Assembly (NCBI GenBank): GCA_049999805.1
Contig: JBNGIO010006237.1
Span: 163,671 to 227,670 of the forward strand
Length of the DNA stretch: 64,000 bases
Source: Folioceros fuciformis
Taxonomy: Eukaryota
Direction: 5' to 3'
The notes below the pieces were generated by a model, which saw nothing but the letters and a program-made list of their open reading frames with translations, made no database searches and was not told the origin of the DNA. Made by a program: the position numbers and the translations under genes. Below are positions 33,292 through 44,552 of the stretch, piece by piece; the first letter of the stretch is position 1; every line of letters starts with the position of its first letter.

Positions 33292-35829
33292 TCAAGGTTC
33301 GGAGGCCCTAGACTCGGACAAGGGTCCACGCTTTGGAATTGTCTTCTGAGCTTGCAAACCACGCCTCATATGTGGTTGATGTTGCCCCGCTTCTTCTTGG
33401 TTCGCAGGTTGTTGCTGGTTCATGCCAAGTGGATTCTGGTGATGTCGATGGTCCACATGGTCATGACCATGCTGCAGCAGCTGATGGTCACCATATAGGT
33501 CACCATGGTGAAGCTGGTGTCCCCGACGTAGCAGCTGTTGGTCCCCAGTCAGCGGGATCTGCTGAGGCTGCTGGTCCCCAGACAGAGGGGGCTGCTGTAG
33601 TTGCCGGTCCCCATGCACCACGGGCTGCTGCTGGCTCGCATGTAATGAGGGCTGCTGCAGCTGCTGGTCCCCATGCAGCGGGGGCTGTTGCTGGCTCGCA
33701 TGTAACGAGAGTTGCTGGTTCCCATGGTACCGATGGTCTTCGAGGAAGAGCTGTTGATATGTTTGGTGGAACTCCTCTCTTCTAACGAGTTGCTGGTGCT
33801 GGTTCATGCCATGTAAAATTCGTTGGGGCTGCCCATGAAACCGTTGGTAGTGGTGCATGTTCAGGACCGACTGGTGTTGTCGCTCATGATGTCGCTCCGG
33901 ATGCTGTTGTTGGTACACTTCATAATTGTCGATGGCTCCCTGGGGCAGTTGNNNNNNNNNNTTGAGGCTGTCGGGGTTGTTGCTGAGGTTGTCGGGGCTG
34001 TTCCTGAGCCTGTCGGGGTTGTTGCTGAGACGGTCGGGGCTGTTCCTGAGGTTGTGGAAAGTGGTAAAAATTATTCTGGTCTTGCAGAGTGAGCATATTC
34101 CGCACTTTGTTGTCCTGCTGCTGGGTAAGCAAGTGCAAAATATGCTCACCATTTGAGTTTGGACAAACCTTGCCGCTCTGCTGCTGCTGGTATAAACTAT
34201 GAAAGTTTACAGCAATATGGCCGCTTTGTTGATGATGGTGAAAGTCTGTAGCAACCAAGCCACTTTGGTGAAAGTTTGCAACAACCTGGCCGTTGTGGTG
34301 ATGGTGATGGCGAAAGTCGGTAACAACTTGGCAGCTCTGTTGTTGAAGATGAAAGTCGGTAGCAACTTGGTCGTTCTGTTGCTGATGACGAAAGTCAGTA
34401 GCAACCTGGCTGCTGTGCTGCTGATGTTGAAAGTTTGTCGCAACTTGGCCGCTTTGCTGGTGATGTTCAAAGTTTGTCGCAATCTGGCCACTTTGCTGGT
34501 GGTGGTCAAAGTTTGTAGCAACCTGGTTGTGAGAGTTTAGAGCCACCTGGCCGCTATGCTGGTCGTGAAAGTTTCCAGCATCCTGGTGGTCAAGGTTTGT
34601 ACCAACCCGACCGCTGTGCTGGTGGTGTTCGTCAGGATACATGGTACCATGGGTTACCACGTGATCCTCCCACGTCCGATTACTATCCATACCGGAAGAA
34701 GAAGCCGGAAACGTTGAAATATCCTCCATTTGTAGGGCATAGTATGGAGCATAATTGTGGTGCGTGGTGGCATCCGCTGCAATGGACTCCAGCGTCGCAC
34801 AGTCCCCCCCTGGGCTACACTGCGAGAAGAGCTGCCAAAACTGCTGCTCTCCCCCTTCGTCGAAGGACATTTGACCCAAGCCTTCACCCGGCACATATAT
34901 TGCCTGCCGCCACTGCTGCTGTATCCGTTCCAGCCTTACGCCTGTCACTCTTCGCCTTTGGTGGAGGTCATCTGCTGCAACTCGAAGCTGCAATAGGTTT
35001 GCCTGAGATAGCGAGCCCTTCTTCTGGCCCTCGCCGGAGTCGAGGGAATATCTTGGAAGTATGTCCTCCACCAAGATCTTCTTATTAGCTTCCTTCAGCT
35101 GCATCGAAAGAAGTTGCAAGACAAAACAAGAGAAAATACAACAAAAACAATTTCTGCAAAACCGGATCCAAATCACACCTGCTTTAATTCTCCTGATTGC
35201 TTCTTGATGACGGACTCCAACATCGACTTGCCATCCAACTTCCTCTTATCCTGATCCTCCTTGGAAACGCCCTTGTAACGACTAATGACTTCTTCAACGC
35301 TCGGAGCGCCCCAGAACAGATTATTATTTTGATTGTTGTTGTTCCGCCTGCTGGTGCCCGTGCTATCGCCATAGCAAATGAAGCCTACATCCACATCGCA
35401 CAGCTTCGACAGCTCAAACGCCTTCTTGTTCAGCCCCTTCTTGCGCTTCGTGAAGGTGGTCTGCCGCTGGTGGTCGTTAACGATACGTCTTATCACGATT
35501 TTGGACCGGCCTGAGCCAGGCTTCGCCTTCTCCCCGCCACCGCCTCTACCCCCTCCTGTCGCGCCATCAACAGTTGCAATTGCACCATCGCTAGGTGAAT
35601 CACCACCGTCGCTAGGTTCATCGGAACCATCGCTAGGTGAATCAACACCATCGCGAACTGCATCAACACCAGCACCAGATACACTAGCTCGAGGTGCATC
35701 GGCACCAGTAGCAACTACACCAGCGGTAGCTACATGACCACCAACAACAAGTCCACCAGTGCTAGGTCCAGCAGCCGCAGCCGCAGCAGCAGCAAAATCG
35801 CCAATCGCAGCCGTCGATCGTCTCATCAT
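33292..35829 (-). CDS. Type I (M-beta/gamma-like) MADS-box transcription factor with ~105 aa N-terminal extension and long Gln/His-rich C-terminus; intron 35099-35178; spans a 10-N gap
   Basis: MADS domain [48 protein letters not shown] followed by [11 protein letters not shown]…KRKLD…LK..N. The GT-AG intron joins the exons in frame. The ORF continues across the N gap in Q/H-rich repeats. Confidence 0.8.
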
Positions 35830-36044
35830 GGTTGCCGCCGGCGGACTAACCAAATCTACCTGATATCCAACTTAGGAGCCAAACTTCAAAGCCGGGTTGA
35901 CTCGTGACAACGCGACCTAGAGGCCTCCCAAGTACCGCGCAGGCTATTTCCCCTCCTGAACTGAGAGAGTGCACTTCAACCAGTTAGGACTCCACTTCGG
36001 GCCATGCCACAACCTCAAACTTAACTTACGTGAAAAGAAACACT

Positions 36045-36176
36045 TCCCCTAACATGAGATCTAAGCTTCCGTAGCAGGAGACCTAAGCTTCCCTAACGCA
36101 AGACCAAGCTTCTATAACGGGAGACCCAAGCTTCCTTAACGGGAGACATAAGCTTCCCTAACGAGAGACTTAGCTT
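36045..36176. repeat. ~22-bp degenerate tandem repeat (AAGCTTCCCTAACGGGAGACCT-like, ~6 copies)
   Basis: Recurring AAGCTTCC(C/T/G)TA(A/G)C..GAGAC units. Confidence 0.8.
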
Positions 36177-36179
36177 AGG

Positions 36180-36618
36180 TGTTAAGAAAAGCCCATGTTA
36201 TGATAATTAACAGGGAAAATAAGAGTTTTAAGTTATCTTCTACGGTAGCCTTGAGAGTAACACCCCCTTCCTTACGTAGAGTAAAAGGAAGCAACAACCT
36301 CGAATCTCGTCTATTCACTCCGCAGCGCTCCACTTACAAATCACTCACACCCTCTCACACGACTCAGCACTAGGCTCCAAGAAGCCCGCCGTCCATCGAC
36401 GACTCGCAGACCACCTCCTCTAGATGCTGCTCTTTATTCCATATACTTACAAAAGAGTCTGGCAATCTACACCCCACTGGCTACTACCCTAGACTCAATC
36501 TGACAAGCTTGCTCTTCAAGCCCTCCACAGCTATGTCTCAAGGCTAGACTTCTCACTGTCTACCTCTGTCTCTCTCTGTGTATCAGTGTATATCTATGTA
36601 AGTCCTTAAGACTTAACA
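36180..36618. mobile_element. Solo-LTR-like element (439 bp)
   Basis: Termini TGTTAAG…CTTAACA form a 7-bp inverted repeat with TG..CA ends. No clean target-site duplication (TTAGG vs CTGGC). Confidence 0.55.
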
Positions 36619-36649
36619 CTGGCCTATTTATACTCCACAGCTAAGCCAC

Positions 36650-37747
36650 TGCTAAAGATGGGAATGATACACACCACTCATCTCAGAATACTAGTGGTCA
36701 TTGCAACTCCATCCTTCTTAGGAGGTTTTGCCTGGAACACACATCTTGTTTCCAAAGGCAACAAGAAGCATACTTGCTTCTTCATCAAGACAGCTCTAGA
36801 TTTAGCTTTCACCTTTCTACTTTTAACTTTCATCTTGTTTTACTTGTGCCATTACTTTGAGGGGTCAGTCTATGGAATACCTATACGGATATAGGTTTTT
36901 TTTTAACCATATATTTTATGCTAAAGCTGGGAATGATACACACCACTCATCTCGGAATACTAGTGGTCATTACAACTTCATCCTTCTTAGGAGGTTTTGC
37001 TTGGAACACACATCTTGTTTCCAAAGGCAATAAGAAGAATACTTGCTTCTTCATCAAGACAGCTCTAGATTTAGCTTTCACCTTTCTACTTTTAACTTTC
37101 ACCTTGTTTCACTTGTACCATTACTTTGAAGTCCTAGTCTATGGAATACCTATATGGATATTTTTTTTTTAACCATATATTTTATGCTAAAGCTGGGAAT
37201 GATACACACCACTCATCTCAGAATACTAGTGGTCATTACAACTCCATCGTGGTCATTACAACTCCATCCTTCTTAGGAGGTTTTGCTTGGAACATACATT
37301 TTGTTTCTAAAGGCAATAAGAAGCATACTTGCTTCTTCATCAAGATAGCTCTAGATTTAGCTTTCACCTTTCTACTTTTAACTTTTACCTTATTTCACTT
37401 GTGCCATTACTTTGAAGAGCTAGTCTATGGAATACCTATACGGATATAGGTTTTTTTTTTAACCATATATTTTATGCTAAAGCTGGGAATGATATACACC
37501 ACTCATCTCAGAATACTAGTGGTCATTACAACTCCATCCTTCTTAGGAGGTTTTTCTTGGAACACACATTTTGTTTCCAAAGGCAATAAGAAGCATACTT
37601 GCTTCTTCATCAAGACAGCTCTAGATTTAGCTTTCACCTTTCTACTTTTAACTTTTACCTTGTTTCACTTATGCTATTACTTTGAAGAACTAATCTATGG
37701 AATACCTATACGGATATAGGTTTTTTTTTTAACCATATATTTTATGC
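36650..37747. repeat. Four tandem copies of a ~270-290 bp unit
   Basis: Units begin TGCTAAAG(A/C)TGGGAATGATA at ~36650, 36919, 37185 and 37475. Copy 3 carries an internal 20-bp duplication. Confidence 0.95.
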
Positions 37748-40358
37748 AAATATTCCTTAGAATCTTCCGTGTACATACGAATTTTAGGGCTTATGTCACA
37801 TCCCCACCTACCATAGGGTATGATGTTTTTTTTCTTCTATCATTGTTAATTAAGTGGACCGATCAAGAAACAAAAGGAATCTTCCTTCGGCACCTTATTT
37901 CTTTCTTGGCCATCCACAAAGTTAATGAAGCTTTTTTCTGCCCCTTCAAACCAACTGCCATTCTTCCATGCTAAGCGGCTGATCCGACCACCATTCTACC
38001 ACGCTTAGCGTGCGCATATAGGTTTAGGGATTCCCCTTTCTGAGTGGAGGAACGACTATTTGTCTGCACTTGCTCAGCGGACAGATAAGTATTGGTCTGC
38101 ACTACCTCTACACTAGCTCACCAGAGGATTTTAGAGTGCAGTAGCATGGCCAGGCAGGCACGTAGTGCGCATGAAGGATTTGCAATTCCAATGAATCTCA
38201 AATTTCGCGCCTCAGTCCACGAATGCGTTGTCCACAAACGCGTTCACAAGGTTGCTTGCACCACAATTAGAGGCTATATTGCCTTCCATTGCACATGTAT
38301 TGGATTTAGTGCTCATTGCGATTCCAAGGGTTCCTTTATGTGTTCTGATTCTGCGAAAATGCTCCTTCACTTTACCCACACTCAAGCTCCTCTCTTTCAA
38401 TCCTTATCAAAGCCAAGGGTGTCAGCTATGGCTGGAACCCATACCATACTGTAGCATCAACCAGGTTAGCTTCCCTTCTACGTCTGCAAGAAGCGTATGC
38501 AATTTCAATGCAATGTGATTCACATTGTGAAGGCTAGCCATAGGTCACTCATTATCCAAAACTCCAAAGCCCACATTCTGCACTTGCACGTTGCCTTGGA
38601 GTATCTATAACCCATCTACAGTGCCATGGGGTATCTACATAGAACCTACATCCCAGAAACTCTTTCCAATTGATCAAGTGAATAGGGATTTGGATGCAAT
38701 GACCCAAAGTTTAACACACATTTCATTCAATTCAAAGGTCACATGACCATAAGTTTTGCTGCAAGGTATTAAGCTCTGCAGTTCAAGCACAATACCAAAA
38801 TGTTCTCAGCTGCACACACATGAACACATAACCATTCAAAATTGGTGCATGAAACCGAGAAGCCCTTCATAATGCCTCCCACCTTTGTTTGTGTAATACC
38901 ATGTAAACTGACAACTTCCTTGTAGGTTGCATGTACGTATCGTAGTCCCAAACCTAAGCTGTCCACAATGTTCTATGACCTAAGCTCTCCACAACGTTCT
39001 GTGTTTTGTGCAAGCCTTGCAGGTTGCTTGGGATAATGTGTATGCAAAGGGATTGGAGGGGATGAATGTCCTCTCCGACATGTATCGACTACACTTGGCT
39101 TTAACGACGCTATGTAGAGAGTGCATGAGTAGGATGGAGCCATTGGAGGTGTACTTGCAGCCGTGGGCAAAGGAAGAGGCCACTCCTTGGGCGTGGAGTG
39201 GAATTTGCCTTCTTCAATCTTTGTAGTAGTTTAGGGTCTTTGTATAGAGGCCTATGGAGTCTGTTCTTATGCCTATGATCAGATGTTGGGAGATGTACCC
39301 CTCAAACGCTTGGAATAAAGACTGTCTAAACCCGTTCCCCTACTATATGGTTCATTGGCCCCCTATACATGGTGTTGCATGAGGATCGTTGCTTTGCATG
39401 GAGGGAGATAGACATGGCTGATGAGCCTTCAGTGAATGGAGAATGACTTGGGTTCAAGAGAAGGAGGAGACGGAGAGCACTACTTTCAGTTGGGTTCTCT
39501 TTAGTGATGGCATAGAACCCTGAAACCCTTGAGGAGGAAGCATTGATGTGTTGCGTGTGATGGGTGGGAGGAAAAAAAAACTTGTCTTAGGGTGATGGTC
39601 AGATCGGGATGGCTGGATCGAGATACCTAAACACGCAGGTTGATTAGCTTGAAAAAACGGAATTGTATAATATATGGTGGTGTCCGTATCAATATTCCAT
39701 ACTAGTCCCCTCGAGCCATCTTTAGCCCTTTTTCGAGTCATTTATATAAGCCTTTTTTTGGTAGATGAAATCCTTTTTTCTTTGAATGATGGATAAGACT
39801 ACGAAGTAAACGAAAACGGGGCACGGTTATCCCAAGACTCTTGAAAAAGAAAACAGAGAAATGGTTGTAACAAGTAGGCGAGATTCCATTTGTGCTAGTC
39901 CGTAAATCATGCAAGGTGTGACCATAACTTGGGTAAGAGTTCTATTTGTGCACCTACCATCTATCCTGGGTAATTTCACCATCGAACTTTGTTTGGTGTG
40001 CCTCTGATACTTCCTATGCTGCTGTAACTGGTCTCAAATCAGTTACTTTTAATATATATATAACTTTTGAAAGATTTGTTTTACAAATATATATAAAAAA
40101 TTCGCATCGAGAAAACCAAAGAAAGGATGGGCACCATGGCATACAAATAGTGGGATGTCTCCTGCTCCAGATCCGACACATCGCGTTTTCTGGGGCTTCT
40201 CATGGGGTTCACCATGGGTCCTACTTCCATCCCACACACGCAGACCACAAACCACACCTAATCGGGTAGTGTTGAAAACTATCGGGATGTTGCTGCCCAT
40301 GGTGGTTTAAGGTGGAGGCAATGCCTTCTCAACGCTACAATTTGGTAGGGTACGTGCG

Positions 40359-42644
40359 ATGCCAAGCTGGCTGCTCTTCAAATGCACGAGGGGGGTGGTG
40401 CTCCTCCATCCAACTGGAGCATGCCGGATGCTCGCGTCCCTGGCAAGCCTGCAGAACACGGATTGGGCAGTAACGGGTGAAACTGTGAACAAACTCTGTG
40501 AGCAGGGGAAGCTCACGGAGGCTGTCGAGGCTCTGGGAGTTCTGGTGCAGAGAGGAAAATGTGTTTCCAGTTCTCTGATTTACACTGTGCTGAAGGGATG
40601 TGTGGTCCAGCAGCATCTTGTTTTGGGTCGCCTGGTGCATGCCTTCACGGTGAGGAAGGGGTATCAGTCGGATACGTTCTTGTGCAACCAGATCATGCGA
40701 ATGTATGCTGCTCACGGCAGGTTGCGCGAGGCGATGGATGTCTTCACCGTGGTTGCCAAACCGGATGCCTTCATGTGGTCTTCCATCATTTCTGCTCATG
40801 TGAAACACGGACAAGACGGGCTTGCCGTCCAGCTATATCATCGGATGCGCAAGTCCAGTGTGAAGCCGGATGAGCATGTGTTTGTGGCAGCTCTTCAGGC
40901 TTGTGCGAAAGGGGCGGACTTGAAATCTGGCCAGCAGGTGCATGCTGACCTGTTGGCCAGTGGCCGACAGCCCCAGCTTTTTGTCTTCAATTCCTTGGTA
41001 AACATGTACGCCAGGTGTGGGATGGGTCAAGAGGCCCTTCGTCTCTACTGGGCTTTGCGAGAAGAGGGCATGCCTGCACCCGATTCCGTGACGTTTGTGT
41101 GCCTACTGCACGCTTGTGCAACATTGGGGACGCAGGCTTTGGAGGTGGGGAGGGAGCTTCATGCACAACTTACTGAATGTGAGCTTCGCGCTGATGTCTT
41201 TGTTGGCAGCAGTTTGGTCAACATGTACGCAAAGTGTGGCAGCTTGGAACATGCTCAGAAAGTTTTCGATGAACTTGGCCACAAGAATATTGTGACGTGG
41301 ACCACTTTGATAGCAGGGTACTCTCAGCAGGGCAGGGGCCGCGAAGCTCTTACCCTCTACACGGCGATGCAAGAAGACGGCATGACTGCACCTGATTCGG
41401 TGACATTTGTGTGCCTCCTGCAGGCATGTGCAACTGTGGGAACCCCAGCTTTGGAGGAAGGTAGGCAGCTTCACGCACAAATTAGAGAACAGGGACATGA
41501 AGGTGATGCTTTTGTATCCAGCAGTTTGGTAAACATGTACTCAAAATGCGGCAGCTTGGAAGACGCCCAACGAGTCTTCGACGGAATTGGTGAGAAAAAT
41601 GTGGTCACGTGGAACGCCATGATAGCAGGGTATGCCCAGCAGGGCATGGGGCAGGAAGCCCTTCGTCTTTACATGTCTATGCAAGAAGCTAGAGCTGCAC
41701 CGGATGCTTCGACATTTGTGAGCCTCCTGCAGGCTTGTGCTAGTGCGGCAGCGTTGGATCTGGGAAGACAGCTGCATGCCCAGATTAAAGAACTAGGGCT
41801 TCAAGCTGATGTGCCTGTTGCCAGCAGTTTGATAAATATGTATGGGAAGTCAGGGAGCATGGTTGACGCACAACAGGTGTTTGATGCTTTGCCCGAAAGA
41901 GATGTTGTCACCTGGAGTGCACTGATTGCAGGCTACACCTGTCAAGGAGACAGTGATGCCGTCTTCGACTTGGTCCAGAGAATGAGAGAGGATGGGATAC
42001 AGCCAAAAGGCATCACATTCTTGAGTGTACTAACAGTATGTAGTCACGTGGGTCTGGTGGCCAAGGGCCGAGAGTATTTCGAGGCTATGCGCAGACAGTA
42101 TGGGATTAGTCCGACCGTGGAACACTACTCGTGCATGGTAGATCTCCTGGGTCGTGCAGGCCAGCTGGACGAGTCTCTAGCTCTGGTTAGGGCAATGCCT
42201 GTGCAGCCTGATGCAGCACTTTGGCTCACTCTTCTGGGTGCTTGTCGGAAGTGGGGCAACGTTGAGATGGGTCGCCATGCTTTCAACGAAGCAGTGAAGC
42301 TAGACAAGAAAGACTCCGCAGCGTATGTGCTCTTGTCAAATATATACACGGATGCGCAAATGTGGGAACACGCTCAGGAAATGCAAGCGTCCAGGAAAGG
42401 AATCGGGGCATGGAAGCAGCCTGGTCAGAGTTGGTGGACGGATATGAACGGACTAATGCATACGTTTCTAGCTGGGCATGTGAGTCATCGCGAGAGCGGA
42501 GGTAGATATGCGAGGCTGAGGCAGATCCATTCAAAAATAAAGAAAGCGAGGTGTTGTGAGCCTCAATTGAACGCCTCCCCTGTTGACCAGAAAGCCCTTT
42601 CGTGTTGGCATATGCTTTCAATCCAAACCCCGACAATACATTGA
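40359..42644 (+). CDS. PLS-class PPR protein with E1-E2 and WW-type PG box, DYW domain degenerate or truncated; paralog of the 22501-26229 gene
   Basis: Same N-terminal block (VTGETVNKLCEQGKLTEAVEALGVLV) and the same PLS motifs. Ends WKQPGQSWWTDMNGLMHTFLAG…KALSCWH…*. Confidence 0.93.
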   Translation: MPSWLLFKCTRGVVLLHPTGACRMLASLASLQNTDWAVTGETVNKLCEQGKLTEAVEALGVLVQRGKCVSSSLIYTVLKGCVVQQHLVLGRLVHAFTVRKGYQSDTFLCNQIMRMYAAHGRLREAMDVFTVVAKPDAFMWSSIISAHVKHGQDGLAVQLYHRMRKSSVKPDEHVFVAALQACAKGADLKSGQQVHADLLASGRQPQLFVFNSLVNMYARCGMGQEALRLYWALREEGMPAPDSVTFVCLLHACATLGTQALEVGRELHAQLTECELRADVFVGSSLVNMYAKCGSLEHAQKVFDELGHKNIVTWTTLIAGYSQQGRGREALTLYTAMQEDGMTAPDSVTFVCLLQACATVGTPALEEGRQLHAQIREQGHEGDAFVSSSLVNMYSKCGSLEDAQRVFDGIGEKNVVTWNAMIAGYAQQGMGQEALRLYMSMQEARAAPDASTFVSLLQACASAAALDLGRQLHAQIKELGLQADVPVASSLINMYGKSGSMVDAQQVFDALPERDVVTWSALIAGYTCQGDSDAVFDLVQRMREDGIQPKGITFLSVLTVCSHVGLVAKGREYFEAMRRQYGISPTVEHYSCMVDLLGRAGQLDESLALVRAMPVQPDAALWLTLLGACRKWGNVEMGRHAFNEAVKLDKKDSAAYVLLSNIYTDAQMWEHAQEMQASRKGIGAWKQPGQSWWTDMNGLMHTFLAGHVSHRESGGRYARLRQIHSKIKKARCCEPQLNASPVDQKALSCWHMLSIQTPTIH

Positions 42645-42938
42645 GAACCTCCTAAGTTGATTCCTAACGTGACAGAAAACCTGCGGTCCCCGAGGGAACC
42701 CGCACCACAAAGCAAGAACTCTGGTCTGTGCAGAGAACCTTGAAGGTCTGATTTGTAAAGTACAGGATGGATAGTTCAAGTCTAAATAGGTTAAAAGGAA
42801 ATGGGAATCTCAACAAGATGCAACCGATACCTGTGCATCCTGACAAACACGTTTGTCAGGCCAGACTATCAGTAAGCCGCGCCAAAATGAAGATCCAAGT
42901 CAGTTAAGTAGCAAGTCAGTCAATTCAGCAACCAATGC

Positions 42939-43955
42939 CTAGTCTACGATCCCACTAACCGCATCTACATCTACATCCCCCATCCCTGTATCTTCTTCTT
43001 CACTATCAAGGTCGCCATCAACTTCGCGATTAGCATCTCCAAGCTTTTGCAATGTCTCCGCCAGTAGTCTGTCATCTCTCTCGCTTACGGCCCTCGGAGC
43101 CTCCTTCACGGTGAGTTTCCCAACGTGCTTCTCAATTTCCTTGGCGCAAGATACCACGGCTGCATTGAGCACCTCCAGGCCAAGATCCTTGTCAAGAGTC
43201 TGAGTTGTAAGGACATACAAAGGCGGAGCAACAAGCTTGATCTTCACAGGGCACTCCGTTGTTCCTGCTCTCTCAGCCGCTCTCATGGCATCTTTGATAT
43301 GAAGCACACCATCATACTGGAAGCACTTGAGCTCAATATCCGCACGGATCTTCAAGGGCTGAGGGGTCATCCTCCGCCTGATGTTCTTAATCAACGCTTC
43401 CTTCACCTCCTCAGTCATGGCAGGCTCGGTTTTGGTCACCGTCTGCCCATCTGCACCAACTTCTGTCACTTCCTTGGTGAGGCCATTCAGCACAGAGTCA
43501 GGATCAGCCACAACCTGCTTGAATGCCTCAAAAGCATGGCCATATCGCTTGTAGAGCGGCCAGGCCACATGGACGTACAGATCCTCCAGATCAGCTTCCA
43601 TTGTCTCTGCAACGTGCCTCATGATCGAGTGCACCAACTTGCTCTTATTGTAGCGGTCTTCGCATACACTGATGTCCTCTTCCGACACCCGCCGCTTGCT
43701 TAGATCTATGTAGCCTTTATCCTTATCCACCCTAAGCACCATCACCGGCTCCTGGCGGCCAACCTTGATGAGGCTGCTGATACTCCTGATGCGGCGCCGC
43801 GAGAGCTCCGACAACAAAATCATCCCTTCAATGTTGTTGTACTCCAGCAGAGCAACATAGGCTCCCATCTCCGCGATATTCTTCACCTGCACCATCACGA
43901 CATCATCCACCTCAGGAAACCGCGCCTCGTACATGCGGCAATCGGTGATCGTCAT
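42939..43955 (-). CDS. eIF2alpha: Eukaryotic translation initiation factor 2 alpha subunit, intronless CDS
   Basis: CRMYEARFPEVDDVVMVQV, S1 domain with phospho-loop ILLSELSRRRIRS, VLRVDKDKGYIDLSKRRV and acidic tail. ATG at 43955. Confidence 0.97.
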   Translation of the reverse strand: MTITDCRMYEARFPEVDDVVMVQVKNIAEMGAYVALLEYNNIEGMILLSELSRRRIRSISSLIKVGRQEPVMVLRVDKDKGYIDLSKRRVSEEDISVCEDRYNKSKLVHSIMRHVAETMEADLEDLYVHVAWPLYKRYGHAFEAFKQVVADPDSVLNGLTKEVTEVGADGQTVTKTEPAMTEEVKEALIKNIRRRMTPQPLKIRADIELKCFQYDGVLHIKDAMRAAERAGTTECPVKIKLVAPPLYVLTTQTLDKDLGLEVLNAAVVSCAKEIEKHVGKLTVKEAPRAVSERDDRLLAETLQKLGDANREVDGDLDSEEEDTGMGDVDVDAVSGIVD

Positions 43956-44552
43956 GGCTGCTAGACCGTCCGACGGGTACCACACCGCTACACCGCTACA
44001 ATGCGGCAATTTTCAGCTCAGCTCGAAGTGGAGTGAAGTGGTGCCCTACGCAACCCTAACACACACGAGGGAGTGTTGCACGCCTGGGAATTGGTCGATA
44101 TTACTGGTAACAGGGCCTCTTGGATTACAGTGAGTATGGTCCTCGGTAGGTTATTGATCACAACTTTGTGTGCGTGTCCGTCCTCCCGGCGCGTTTGCCA
44201 TGGCGATCTGAGGCGTGCACTGCATGGTGGGGCCCCATTTTGAGGGGAGAGTGAACAATCGGTCGTCTCGGTGTGGTGCAGACCTTGTATCCTTGGCCTC
44301 AATCACTTGGTTACTATGGAGGTGAGGAGTCTCCTCGAGACGTTTGTTCGCAGATGTTTTTGCCCTTCCCGCGTGCTTGTTTGCCAGTCCAAAATTTTCC
44401 CAATTTGATAACTTGCCCTACATACAAGTTAGGAAGATAGACACGCTGGCACTTTCGAAAAACTTGTCATTTACGGTTGCAAGCATGCATATGAATTCAC
44501 CTGACAAGAAGCCTGCCTCTCAGATGCGATTGAAGTGAAGTGGTGAGCGGGG

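Noticed and set aside
37750..39450. Possible decayed DNA-transposon (MULE/SWIM-like) coding remnant
   Set aside because: Only fragmentary Cys/His-containing peptides with many stops. No motif or TIR I can verify.
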